Positions 17,900 through 28,157 of a DNA stretch of 53,527 bases are shown one piece after another. Under the pieces are notes generated by a model. That model worked only from the letters and a program-made list of their open reading frames with translations, was not told the DNA's origin and ran no database searches. The translations under genes and the position numbers were made by a program. Every line of letters starts with the position of its first letter. Within the stretch, counting starts at the first letter, position 1. This DNA is from a virus (Duplodnaviria; Caudoviricetes): IMG/VR virus record IMGVR_UViG_3300030012_000241, positions 1 through 53,527 of that record. The stretch is one strand, 5' to 3'.

Positions 17900-19008
17900 T
17901 AGTTACTCTGTGTAATTTTTATAACAGAATCGCCACCACCATTTACTATTAGCTGTGTACTCTTACCATCTTGTATTAGTATGACGGTATAAGCTCCTGC
18001 TTTATCTAAATCTATTCTTACTGTCTGTTCCACACTTCTGAAGAAAGATATTTGTTGGTCTGTAATAAAAGTATTTATTTGTGTATTAGGGTCAAAGCCA
18101 ACCTGTGTGCCTTTTAAATTTATATCTGTTCTTAATATACTTTCTGTCTCATCTAGTTCGTTTACTTCTTCTATTATATCTAGTAAGTCTTCTAAAAAAT
18201 TTACATCTAGGTAATTTATATCTAGCTCTGTAAATTCTAAACTGTCATCTTTTAGTAAATCTACGTCCAAGTCCTCAAACTCAAGATAATCAACATCAAG
18301 TATATTACTATTACTATCTGACACACTTTCCTCAGCAAGACTATACTCCTCTTTTGGTGGACTAACTATTAACATGTTATCTATTAGCTCTGTAGTTATG
18401 TCCAACACTACAGGCTTTGCAGGCTCACTCTCAAATGTAGATACTGATGTAGCTTGATAGGGCTGATTTAGAACAACCTCACCCATAGCTGTAGCAACTA
18501 CTATCTCTCCACTAGGTAAACCATTTTCGTCAGGCAATAAAATAACAAGAGACCTACCAAGTTCATCTATGGTAATCGTAAAGTCTGTACCACGAATACC
18601 AATGGTCGCACTTGGGGTCTCTATAAAAATATTTTCTTTGTTTATTGTTGCAAGTTTGCCTGTAATAAATCTTGCAGTACCACTTGCAAACTGTAAAGCC
18701 ATCTTAGATTTAGATGGGTCAGGGTCGTAGATAAACTCATCTATGATAAGTTCAGAATGCTCTGTCAATCTGACCTGACTATCGTCTAGAAATGTAATTC
18801 CTATCCGACCTTCTGAAGTTTGAACGTTGTCAAAACTTTCTATGTTAAAGGCTAAGGCAGCATTATAAGGTTTATCTCTTACAACCCTGCCTGCACCATT
18901 AAGTTCTGTTATGTTACCAATGCTAGCATCCAACGGCTGTGCCATTATCGTCTTGGATAATACACACGCTACCATTAGAACCATTGGATATAATCTTGAG
19001 CCAATCAT
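17899..19008 (-). CDS. FecR-domain exported protein
   Basis: Signal-like N-terminus; D.VQT..GR..ITFLDDSQVRLTEHSEL.ID, G.ARF.TG, IETPSATIGIRGTDF; start may be 18984. Confidence 0.8.
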   Translation of the reverse strand: MIGSRLYPMVLMVACVLSKTIMAQPLDASIGNITELNGAGRVVRDKPYNAALAFNIESFDNVQTSEGRIGITFLDDSQVRLTEHSELIIDEFIYDPDPSKSKMALQFASGTARFITGKLATINKENIFIETPSATIGIRGTDFTITIDELGRSLVILLPDENGLPSGEIVVATAMGEVVLNQPYQATSVSTFESEPAKPVVLDITTELIDNMLIVSPPKEEYSLAEESVSDSNSNILDVDYLEFEDLDVDLLKDDSLEFTELDINYLDVNFLEDLLDIIEEVNELDETESILRTDINLKGTQVGFDPNTQINTFITDQQISFFRSVEQTVRIDLDKAGAYTVILIQDGKSTQLIVNGGGDSVIKITQSN

Positions 19009-19633
19009 TATTTAATGTGCTTAATTGTTGGATGTCAAAGGTTCGTGAATCACCTGTTTGGTCTAGGTAAAAATACCCACCAGCATAGCCACTCCCCTCA
19101 AAGTTTACTGTGTTTGAATCACCATCAACGTCTACATAGTTTGTAGCTCCATCATAATTAATGTCGAAATCAAATACGTTTCCATCTCCATTTACAATCC
19201 AGTCAAGGTCTGTATTACTAGCCATAGCTGTTGTAGCCAGGTCTAATGTAAAATCATTACTACTTCCTGAAACGTCAATGTTGACATCTGAGCCGTCTGC
19301 ACCATAAGTGTTGCTTGGGTCTACTTGAATTGTGAAATCATTACTGCTTCCATCAAAATTAAAATAGCCTGTAAAGTTATCAGCCCAAATATCTCCTAGA
19401 AAAGTATTAGAACCACCTATTTGATTTATGTCTAATGTAAGATTATCTCCATCTAAATCCAACGGTGTCAAATTTCCTGCTGATGACTCTAACCCTCCGA
19501 TAATGTTTCCATCATCTCCTAGTTGCTCTAAATCAATATTGGCACTAGCTCCTGATTGGTCAATATATATCTCATTATCATCTGCCATTACACTCAACGA
19601 TAACATAACGAATATACTAATTAGATTCTTCAT
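18923..19633 (-). CDS. Curlin-like (CsgA/CsgB-like) secreted repeat protein
   Basis: Signal peptide; N-x5-Q-x-G and G.SN repeats (NEIYIDQSG, NIDLEQLG, LDINQIGGSN, YLDQTG); next to csgG. Confidence 0.7.
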   Translation of the reverse strand: MKNLISIFVMLSLSVMADDNEIYIDQSGASANIDLEQLGDDGNIIGGLESSAGNLTPLDLDGDNLTLDINQIGGSNTFLGDIWADNFTGYFNFDGSSNDFTIQVDPSNTYGADGSDVNIDVSGSSNDFTLDLATTAMASNTDLDWIVNGDGNVFDFDINYDGATNYVDVDGDSNTVNFEGSGYAGGYFYLDQTGDSRTFDIQQLSTLNNDWLKIISNGSNGSVCIIQDDNGTAVGC

Positions 19634-20426
19634 ATTCCCAATAGCCTCTCTCTATTCCTATTTTTATTATATTTAGTACCCCTGTCTCTACTGCCTTTGT
19701 TAAAGCAATAGCGATAGATTCGTTCTCAGCAACTCCTCCCTCTATCTCTACTAGCTCTGTGCCAGCTTCAATAAAACGAAATACGTCCTGAGAAACACTT
19801 GTAGATAAAATGCTTTTAGAAACGGATGTCTCCATCAACACCTCACCTGTAGATACGGAAACCAATCGTAGTGAAATGATTACAGTATCTTCTCGATATT
19901 GTTTGCTATTACCTATACCTAGGTATCTAGCTCCCAATCCTCCAGATTTTAGGTTAGCCTCATACGAGATTACCCCTCCCTGGAACATAAGCCCTGCAAA
20001 AAGCAAAGGCTGTAATTTTGCATCTTGTTCAAACTCTTTGCGAGTTGACCTAATTAATTGTCTTTCTTTTGTGAGGTCATCGAGTCCCACACGTTCTACT
20101 ACTTTGAAGAACTTGCCATCTGCTGTATGCTTCAAAGCTCTTATTAGTATTGCTTCTGGAGCTTGTGTTATGGCTGTACTAAATAAGGCAAAAGAACTAT
20201 TACTTCTTCTTTGGCCTGTTAAATCTTTAAAACTGTTAGGATATACTGCGACAACTGGTTGCTGTTTAGCACCAGGCATCTCGAATAGCTCATCTGATTG
20301 TATTTCTAATATAGTCGAGGGCTGTATCTTTTTTGTTAGAACTAAATCGTTATTCTCACTTAATACTGCACATCCACTAGAAAGAAAAATCACCAATAGG
20401 CAACTGAATAACTGTTTGTGTTCCAT
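19617..20426 (-). CDS. csgG: Curli secretion channel CsgG-like lipoprotein
   Basis: Lipobox LSSGC; FKDLTGQR, STAITQ, FKVVERVGLDDLTKERQLIR, GGVISYE, LRLVSVSTGEV. Confidence 0.92.
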   Translation of the reverse strand: MEHKQLFSCLLVIFLSSGCAVLSENNDLVLTKKIQPSTILEIQSDELFEMPGAKQQPVVAVYPNSFKDLTGQRRSNSSFALFSTAITQAPEAILIRALKHTADGKFFKVVERVGLDDLTKERQLIRSTRKEFEQDAKLQPLLFAGLMFQGGVISYEANLKSGGLGARYLGIGNSKQYREDTVIISLRLVSVSTGEVLMETSVSKSILSTSVSQDVFRFIEAGTELVEIEGGVAENESIAIALTKAVETGVLNIIKIGIERGYWEYEESN

Positions 20427-20853
20427 CGCTTGCTGTTATAGTTAATGTTATTATTCCATCTTCTATACTATATTCTATAGTATTACCCTCTAATGTTAGT
20501 ATTCCACTTGTACTAGGATTTTCTCCAAACAAGTTTTCTACTAACTGTCTGGATAACTGTGCATATATTCTAGATTCTAAGTTTCTAATAAATCTAGCAA
20601 GTGTAGTGTTTTCTTTGTCTCTTTCTATTTGTTCTTGCAAGGCTTTGAGTTCTTCTTTTATAGTCATCTTTCTAGTGAACTCTTGATTCTCTATGGTAAG
20701 GTAATGTGCAGACGTACCTATACCACTAAATGATGGGTTTTTAAATTTATGCACCATTTCATCGGCATGAAGATTGCTCACACCCAATACTGAAATTATA
20801 AATATTCCAATTAACGTTCCTAATTCAATCTTTTCTTTGGTCTTTTTTCCCAT
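20377..20853 (-). CDS. csgF: Curli assembly factor CsgF-like
   Basis: Signal peptide; mature start EMVHKFKNPSFSG; F.RNLESRIYAQLSRQL; C-terminal DGTQTVIQLP. Confidence 0.85.
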   Translation of the reverse strand: MGKKTKEKIELGTLIGIFIISVLGVSNLHADEMVHKFKNPSFSGIGTSAHYLTIENQEFTRKMTIKEELKALQEQIERDKENTTLARFIRNLESRIYAQLSRQLVENLFGENPSTSGILTLEGNTIEYSIEDGIITLTITASDGTQTVIQLPIGDFSF

Positions 20854-21112
20854 CTGCCCTCGCTAGTCTATCCACATCTACAGGTACTCCCATAGCTGTG
20901 CGACACATTGTGTCTATTCTTATTATATCGTTGTCTATTTGTCTTACTCTGTCTATTAATGCAACTATCATGCCATGTTGTGTATCTAGTTTTTTGTGTA
21001 TGTCAGCAATCAAGGCATTAAATAGTTTATATACCATCCATCCAGCAGCAACTGCAAAAGCAGCAGGGATGCCGACAGTTTCTAATATGTCCATCCATTG
21101 ATTTGTATTCAT
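20825..21112 (-). CDS. Small membrane protein (holin-like?)
   Basis: One TM followed by a coiled coil. Confidence 0.55.
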   Translation of the reverse strand: MNTNQWMDILETVGIPAAFAVAAGWMVYKLFNALIADIHKKLDTQHGMIVALIDRVRQIDNDIIRIDTMCRTAMGVPVDVDRLARADGKKDQRKD

Positions 21113-21558
21113 TATTTGCCTTTTACTAAACTACCACCAAAATACATACCAATAATAGCTGACACTAAGTTAGTATCTAGTTGTGTGATTACTAAACCTT
21201 GGAAAGTTATCCATTCAAATATCTCTCTCCCTTCTTTAAAAAACCAAAAGCCTGGATTCCAATTTGTATATCCAACAGTTACTGATACATCTGGATAATA
21301 TACAGCAACTAACTTTGGTAAAAGTACAATAGCAAATACTGAAGTCAAAGCTATTATTCTTCTTGTCCAAGCAAATCCTTTATCAGCTTGTCCTGCTTCT
21401 ATAGATTGCTTTCTAGCTTTCATCTCAAACTCCCCACGTGTAATGAGTAGTTTTTGTTGTTCTGCTTTAGCTTTTCTGCTTTCAGCCCACACACTCATAA
21501 GTCCACCTAGAACTGTAGATGCAAGCATAGTAATTATCTCAAACGGAAATCCCATCAA
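21112..21558 (-). CDS. Multi-TM membrane protein (holin-like)
   Basis: 2-3 hydrophobic segments; C-terminal IIGMYFGG. Confidence 0.55.
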   Translation of the reverse strand: MMGFPFEIITMLASTVLGGLMSVWAESRKAKAEQQKLLITRGEFEMKARKQSIEAGQADKGFAWTRRIIALTSVFAIVLLPKLVAVYYPDVSVTVGYTNWNPGFWFFKEGREIFEWITFQGLVITQLDTNLVSAIIGMYFGGSLVKGK

Positions 21559-24500
21559 TCTATCCCAAACTTACGTAAATATCTCCTAGTTTCTGATGGT
21601 AAATCAAAATCATCTCTACCTGATTCTATCCACTTTAAAGTATTACCATAACCATAGTTAAATGCTATAAGAGCATCTCTATCGTTACCTAATTTTTTTC
21701 TTAAAGCATTTATATAGTCTGTTCCAAATCTAACATTTTCTACAGGGTCTAATAAATTATCTCCTTCAAAAGGTTTTACACCAAATCCAGGCTGTTTTGC
21801 TGTATCAGGCATAATTTGCATTAATCCCATAGCACCTTTATCGCTTATGGCATTAGGATTACCTTCACTTTCTATACCAATAATTTTAGCTATAAAATCA
21901 TCGTCTGTGTATTTTCTTCCCATAGCTAAAAAGTCTGGAAAAACCTCCTTACCTTCAGAATATTTTACACGTCCTAAATTTTCAAAACCTTGTCTAACAA
22001 TACCTCCTTCTGCAAGAGGCACTCTTAATTCTCTAATACTATCTGTTATTACTTTAAGAGCTTCTTCTATACTATCATCTGCTTTTTTACCAGCTTCTAT
22101 AATTCCTGAAAAAGGCTCATAACCTGTTGCTCTTTCTAGAGGATATTTTAAACCTATCCCTGGTGTTTTTCTTGCTAAGGTTTCTATTAGACCTCTATCA
22201 TATTTTGCCACACCTGTAATGTCTGACATAATTGGGCCACCTAAACTAAGAATATCCGTAGCTGAACCTCCAGTAAATTCTGCTGCATCTGCTATTCTTT
22301 TTACATATTCAAATTGACCTAGTAAACCTACTCTTTGAAAAGCATCTATAGCTTCTATACTACTTCTAGGTAATATTTTATCAGCAAATTGTCCTGCTGG
22401 AGTTGTTGAGTAATCTCTAGCAAGTAAATCGTATTCTTCTTGTCTTCTATCACTACTTCTCCAATAGTTAGTTCCTCTTGCAACTAAACTTGAAGTAGCT
22501 ACAAAGCCTACAACTCTTGGAGCATTAACTTCAGGATTATTAATAGCATCTCTTGCAAAGTTTTTTAACACCGTATTACTAAATGCAGTAGGGTATCTTA
22601 AAAACTGTGTAAGAATATCGTACATAGGGTTCGTCATAAACTGAGGAACTTTAGAAAACTCTCTTGATGTTGGTAAAATAATACTTCTAGAAAATCTACC
22701 ACCTGCTAAAGTAAGTTCTTTTTGATAAAACTCTGAAGACTCTTTAGCCCCTTTTGATAACCAATTTAAACCTTGTCTAGTATCTATACCTAGACTATTT
22801 AATTGCTCTTTTAGAAACGTTACTCTGTCATAAAGATTTGTGCTTTTACCTGTATATTGACCATCTATACTATCTAATTTTTTCATAAGAGCTTGTACTG
22901 GAGCAGGTAATGATGGACTATCTTTACCTTTACTCAAAGCAAACAAGGCTTTGTCATCAAAGATATTTACACCTTCATCTCTAAATCTTTTTAATGTTCT
23001 TAATGAGTCTATGGCTATATCTCTTCCCATATTAAAAGATGCTAGCTCAATAGTTTTTGTCCAAGGTAATAGTAAGTTTGCTTTATAAAATGTTCTTGCT
23101 ACTCTATTTAATCCTGGACTTCTTAATGCATCTCCTGCTAGCCTATTTACCAAATCAGCCTGTACATCATCTACAGCAATAAATGCTTTATTAGCATCTC
23201 TATTGGCTTCTATTTTTGATAGTCCTCTTCTTTCTACTAATAAACTTTTTAAGTCAGTAGATAAAAACTTATAGCCATTGTAAAGTTGTTCATGGAAGTT
23301 TTTTGCAGCTTTACTAGGCCCAACTCTTGCAGCACTTATTAATGCTTCTGATAAAGATGATACTGTTGCTAATGGTAAAAATGCCATAGCATTAGCTAAT
23401 TTTAAACCATCGTATAATCCTTGAATAACTTGATTCTCATAAAATTTTACTTGACCAGTTACAGACTCAAATGACTTTATCATATTTCTTTTATCAAGTT
23501 GAGTTAGTCTTGGTAAGCCCATTTTTTCAAGTTCTTCTTCTAAAGGTTTTATCCAATTATTAATAAATAATTTTTCTCTGTCTGCTTTTAAATCGTCAAA
23601 CACCATAACTTTATTACCTTTTAAGTCTAAAGCTTGTTTTACTCCAGGTGCTAGCTTTCCTCCTAAGAAAGTTATTTTAGTTTGTATGGCATTAGCTGCA
23701 TTTAATCCATAAGATGCTCCTACATCAACTAAATTATTTATTAAAAACTTTTCATATTTATTGTCATCTATAGCTAGTTTTCTACCATGAGTTAAAAGAT
23801 TACTATGGCTGGAATATAGCTCATTGTTAATATTTAACATGTCATCTATAACCTTACCTGCCTCTGTTTCACTTATTCCTAAATCTTTAGCTAGTAATTT
23901 TTGAAACTCTTTTTGATTTTGTTGTATAGCTTTTCTATTCCACTCTCTTGGAAAATAATCTTTTATTCTAATATCTCCAAAGCCTGCATCTTTAGCATCT
24001 TTTGCAATACTATCAAACCACTTTCTTAGTTTAACTGCTGATTGTTTAACATCTTTACCATACTTTGATATAGCTTTTTTATTACCTCTAAGGTATCTTA
24101 ATATATCTAATTCAACTGCTTCGTTGAGTTTACCGTCAGGTGCTATATCTTCTAAAGCTTTCCAAAAGCCTTTATCTCCAAACATGTATTGGCCTCGTCT
24201 TCCGTTTAACAATTCAGGGAAACTCCAAGCAACTCTTTCAGATGCTCTTGTACCTATACGAAGTTGAGAATCATGGTCTAATGTAGCACTAAATCTTCTA
24301 GCAACATCACTACCTTGGTCTTGTAAAGTTTTAAAAAATCTTGCATTACCTAGAAAAACTCTACCTAAAAAATTATCAAGACCTTTGTTAAATTTTAGTC
24401 TGACATTTCCAAGAAAATCATCAGAATATACTTTAGGTTTTTTGTTTATATTTAAAACAGGATTACTGTAGTTAATAAACTTTTGAGTATATCTACCTAG

Positions 24501-25253
24501 TAAACCCCCTGTAACAGCTCCTAAAGCTGTAGAGCCTGCTAATTCTTTCTTTGAATAAACTTTTCTTAAATCTGTGTTTAGTTCTATGTTTTGATTTGCA
24601 TGATTATGAAGACCCATCCATCCACCAGCTTCTAATGCTCCATAACCTGTTGATATTTTTACAGCAGCTTTGGCTGCCTCATCTAATGAGCCGTCAGCAA
24701 TAGCATCTGCCATTTGTTTACTTGTAAATGCTTTTTTACTAGACATGTTCAGTAACTTTAAACCGTTTGCTGTACCTGTACCAACAGCTCTTGCAGCAAG
24801 CGAGCCTCCTCCAGTAAAAGGTGTAAACAAAGCAGCAGCAATAAGTGTAGGGTCAGTAATCATATCAATAGCCCCATCACCAATTAATCTAAAAAACTGG
24901 TCTAAACTTCCTATATTAGCACCATCAAATTTTGTTCTTAGATATGCATAATCTTTTTTTTGTTGCTCTGTAAATTTATTACTTGATGCCATTCTTTGCA
25001 TTGCTGAATACAAATTAAAATCAGCATCTCGCATATATTCAAATATGTCTCCATCTTCCTCACCTATGGAACTTAAAAATCTTTCAGAAGTTTCCATAAA
25101 TTTTTCATCACTTTCTAAATCTGTTAAGTCATATTCACCTGCACTTTTTTGTATGCCAGTTTGTTTATACTTTACACCAGAGTCAAAGCTGTAAGCACCC
25201 ATGCTAGGTAACTCAGGTAAGTCTCCATAGTTATTTTTATTTAGAATTGACAT
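21555..25253 (-). CDS. Large internal virion (ejection) protein with C-terminal lytic transglycosylase
   Basis: IIGIES.GNPNAIS.KGAMGLMQIMP, NVRFGTDY, AFNYG.G (SLT motifs). Confidence 0.85.
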   Translation of the reverse strand: MSILNKNNYGDLPELPSMGAYSFDSGVKYKQTGIQKSAGEYDLTDLESDEKFMETSERFLSSIGEEDGDIFEYMRDADFNLYSAMQRMASSNKFTEQQKKDYAYLRTKFDGANIGSLDQFFRLIGDGAIDMITDPTLIAAALFTPFTGGGSLAARAVGTGTANGLKLLNMSSKKAFTSKQMADAIADGSLDEAAKAAVKISTGYGALEAGGWMGLHNHANQNIELNTDLRKVYSKKELAGSTALGAVTGGLLGRYTQKFINYSNPVLNINKKPKVYSDDFLGNVRLKFNKGLDNFLGRVFLGNARFFKTLQDQGSDVARRFSATLDHDSQLRIGTRASERVAWSFPELLNGRRGQYMFGDKGFWKALEDIAPDGKLNEAVELDILRYLRGNKKAISKYGKDVKQSAVKLRKWFDSIAKDAKDAGFGDIRIKDYFPREWNRKAIQQNQKEFQKLLAKDLGISETEAGKVIDDMLNINNELYSSHSNLLTHGRKLAIDDNKYEKFLINNLVDVGASYGLNAANAIQTKITFLGGKLAPGVKQALDLKGNKVMVFDDLKADREKLFINNWIKPLEEELEKMGLPRLTQLDKRNMIKSFESVTGQVKFYENQVIQGLYDGLKLANAMAFLPLATVSSLSEALISAARVGPSKAAKNFHEQLYNGYKFLSTDLKSLLVERRGLSKIEANRDANKAFIAVDDVQADLVNRLAGDALRSPGLNRVARTFYKANLLLPWTKTIELASFNMGRDIAIDSLRTLKRFRDEGVNIFDDKALFALSKGKDSPSLPAPVQALMKKLDSIDGQYTGKSTNLYDRVTFLKEQLNSLGIDTRQGLNWLSKGAKESSEFYQKELTLAGGRFSRSIILPTSREFSKVPQFMTNPMYDILTQFLRYPTAFSNTVLKNFARDAINNPEVNAPRVVGFVATSSLVARGTNYWRSSDRRQEEYDLLARDYSTTPAGQFADKILPRSSIEAIDAFQRVGLLGQFEYVKRIADAAEFTGGSATDILSLGGPIMSDITGVAKYDRGLIETLARKTPGIGLKYPLERATGYEPFSGIIEAGKKADDSIEEALKVITDSIRELRVPLAEGGIVRQGFENLGRVKYSEGKEVFPDFLAMGRKYTDDDFIAKIIGIESEGNPNAISDKGAMGLMQIMPDTAKQPGFGVKPFEGDNLLDPVENVRFGTDYINALRKKLGNDRDALIAFNYGYGNTLKWIESGRDDFDLPSETRRYLRKFGID

Positions 25254-25258
25254 GTAAA

Positions 25259-27517
25259 TTAATTAGATTCTTCTTGTTGTCTTTTTAAGGTTAATACAAA
25301 ATCTTTTAAGAAAGTTAATTTTGTAGCATTAGGCATGTTAAAATCAAAATTATCCTGTGTTTGTTCTTCAACATATCTTCTAAAAGCAGAACTGTTGTAG
25401 CTTACCATTCTATTATTTTCTATATTTGATATAGCTCTTTCTGCTCTTTCTATACTTCTATTAAGTTGATTACTTGATATAGCTTTTCCTATATTACTAA
25501 AAAAGTCTCCTAGTATTTCTCCTCTTTTTTCATCAATAAAAGCATCTAATTCATCAGCATCCATATCTGTCATACTTTTTGTTTGGACTGTCTGAGTCGT
25601 AGTAGGAGTAGGAGTTGGAGTTGGAGTTGGAGTAGGTGTTGTTTCCTCACCTGTCTCTTCACCTGTCTCTTCAGTAACTACCTCAGTTGTTGGAGTAGTA
25701 ACAACATCCTCGATGTCAAACCTTATCTCACTTAAAGCAGGAGGTATAGTAGCATTTATTATTCTTTTAACTGTTATTTCATAATTAAGAAGTTTTTGTT
25801 CTACTGTCTCACCATCTAACTCTCTTATAAAATTTGGTAAATCTTCTATGTTAGTTATCTTGCCTTTTTCAAAGTTTTTATCAATAAAACTCTGCATGTT
25901 ATAAACAGTAAATAGGTTATTACGTAAAATCTTTCCTACAGCTTCACTATTATTTTCGCCTCTATTTGCAATATCAGCAAACAATGCTGGCATAACTGCT
26001 CTACTTGTTAAATCAATATCATTACCCACAAGTATCTGTTGATTATTTAATGTGCTTATAATTTCATACAAATAAGGTTTTGTATTATTAGCTCTTAAAA
26101 GATTATCTACTACCATTGGGTCTAACTTTTCGTTAGTCAAGGGGTCTACACCATCCGAACCTTTTTTAACTTGGTCGATAACAAATTGAGCTGATACTCT
26201 TCTTAGCTCATCGTCTGATATACCTTGGTCGTTAAAAAAAGCATTATAGGCAGGGAATCTTTTTAATGAATAATAAACTGTTGATGCTTTGTCAACATAG
26301 GCATCAAAAACTGCTTCTTCTCCTTCTACTCCATATCTTAATGTTTGTTTTAAAGTTCTGTTATTTTTTAACTTAACATCTTGACCTGTGCCTGTAGGAT
26401 TTCTAATAAGATTAACAAGTACACCTTCCATAAGAGGTCTTAGGTCATCAATTTCTTTTGCATCTATTTCAGGTGTTGGTGAAAGCCCACCTATAGCTGC
26501 ATCTACATCTGTTTCTTCTCTATATGTAGGATTACCATAAACGTCTATTCCCTCAATCGGTATTACAATTCTTGTTTGTGTTCCAAAACCAGTCTCAACT
26601 TCTCTTGTTACAGGCTCTCCTATCTTTGTAATCTTACCTTTAACTTGTCCTGATGTAATTGCATCTCTCAATTTTATTAGTATGCCATCTATTCTTGAAG
26701 AACCATAAAGACTTGCCATTCTTTCTTGATAACTTTTACTTGCTTGATTAAGTTCTGCCATCTCTCTTGCAACATCTTCACCATAAACTTTAGCTAGTTC
26801 AGCTTGTAAAGTTTCTGAGCTTTCTAAATTTTTGTAATCTAAAGTTTCAGGGGTTTCTATTCCTATAACTTTTCTTGCAAAATTACTAAATCTTTGAAAA
26901 GGATTTGAGCCATTAATTCTATTAAGATATTTATTAGCATCTAAAATAGACATATCTGGGTCAGGAATATCTAAACCTTCATCGTATGCTCTTTGTGCAT
27001 CAGCTATTTCTGCTTGAAAATCTGAGCCTGTTATGATGCTATTAAGAAAAGAAGCATAACTAGAATTATCTTTTGTTAATCCTGCAAACTCCCCAGTCCC
27101 TGAAATAATATCTCTAAGAGCTGCTGCCTGTAATACTCTATATTTATTTTCATCAACTTTACCATCTACTATATAACCATTTGGATTATTTTCTGGGTCA
27201 TATACTGCATTAGTTGTATATTTTAAAGCATTATTACTATGGTTTTGTAGCCAAGTTTTAAAAGGAATATTCTTATCGTCTAAAAAAGCACTCTTACTTG
27301 TAAACTGTTCTGTTAAAGGGTCAGTAAAATTTGATTTTATAATTTCATTTAAACTTTCACCAAGAGGAGCTACAGCAGAATCAATAAGAAAATCTTTTAT
27401 TCTATCCCTTCTATCTTTTTTTCTTCTTCTATCTTCAGCTTTTTCTGCTCTATCTCTAGCATCTCTAAATTGTTTTTGTGCATATTCTATGCCACCATCG
27501 CCATCATATAAGCCCAT
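25259..27517 (-). CDS. Putative internal virion protein
   Basis: 752 aa, in the ejection-protein position; TP-repeat linker. Confidence 0.65.
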   Translation of the reverse strand: MGLYDGDGGIEYAQKQFRDARDRAEKAEDRRRKKDRRDRIKDFLIDSAVAPLGESLNEIIKSNFTDPLTEQFTSKSAFLDDKNIPFKTWLQNHSNNALKYTTNAVYDPENNPNGYIVDGKVDENKYRVLQAAALRDIISGTGEFAGLTKDNSSYASFLNSIITGSDFQAEIADAQRAYDEGLDIPDPDMSILDANKYLNRINGSNPFQRFSNFARKVIGIETPETLDYKNLESSETLQAELAKVYGEDVAREMAELNQASKSYQERMASLYGSSRIDGILIKLRDAITSGQVKGKITKIGEPVTREVETGFGTQTRIVIPIEGIDVYGNPTYREETDVDAAIGGLSPTPEIDAKEIDDLRPLMEGVLVNLIRNPTGTGQDVKLKNNRTLKQTLRYGVEGEEAVFDAYVDKASTVYYSLKRFPAYNAFFNDQGISDDELRRVSAQFVIDQVKKGSDGVDPLTNEKLDPMVVDNLLRANNTKPYLYEIISTLNNQQILVGNDIDLTSRAVMPALFADIANRGENNSEAVGKILRNNLFTVYNMQSFIDKNFEKGKITNIEDLPNFIRELDGETVEQKLLNYEITVKRIINATIPPALSEIRFDIEDVVTTPTTEVVTEETGEETGEETTPTPTPTPTPTPTTTQTVQTKSMTDMDADELDAFIDEKRGEILGDFFSNIGKAISSNQLNRSIERAERAISNIENNRMVSYNSSAFRRYVEEQTQDNFDFNMPNATKLTFLKDFVLTLKRQQEESN

Positions 27518-28149
27518 TACTCTTCTCCTCTAGCTAGTAAACTAGCACTATCTCCCTCTTCTACTTGTCTATCTAATAAACTTTCAATAGGAGGTAACTC
27601 TTCTATTCTTTTTGCAATATCAGTTGGAATAACTCCTTCAGGAACTCCACCACTTTCTTTTGCTTTTTTTCTTGCTGCTACATTTGCAATATTTTTTGCT
27701 CGCATAACAAGCATTTTTTCTTCTTCATCAGACTCTCCATCTTCCATGTCAATCATGTTTCCAAGGTCATCTGAATCTAATCTATAACCTACTCCTGCTT
27801 TTTCAGCTAAAGCCATAAGTAAATATGCAAAAGGTTCTAGCAACATTAACATTAAATCAGGATTCCATTTACCTTCTCTGAAACCTACATATCCCATTTG
27901 TAAAGCTAAATCCATAATTGGTACTCCATCACCTATAGCTAAAACAATAGGTACATAGTTTTCTTCATCCAATAATTCTAATGCTGTATATTGCAAAGCC
28001 TCATGCATATCAGTAAAGTCTGGAGCAGTTTCAAAAGGTCTACGGTCTTCTACAGGCTGTGTCCAAGACTGACCTGGGATTGCATAGCCTCTATCCGAAA
28101 AAGCTTTTATAGCTTCTGGATTCATTTCTTCGCCCATCATTTTTTCCAT
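27517..28149 (-). CDS. Putative virion protein
   Basis: IPGQSWT...PFE.AP, GFREGKWNPDL; late operon. Confidence 0.65.
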   Translation of the reverse strand: MEKMMGEEMNPEAIKAFSDRGYAIPGQSWTQPVEDRRPFETAPDFTDMHEALQYTALELLDEENYVPIVLAIGDGVPIMDLALQMGYVGFREGKWNPDLMLMLLEPFAYLLMALAEKAGVGYRLDSDDLGNMIDMEDGESDEEEKMLVMRAKNIANVAARKKAKESGGVPEGVIPTDIAKRIEELPPIESLLDRQVEEGDSASLLARGEE

Positions 28150-28157
28150 AATTTCTC

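Noticed and set aside
19810-20445. 211-aa + strand ORF
   Set aside because: Antisense to csgG with no recognisable motifs
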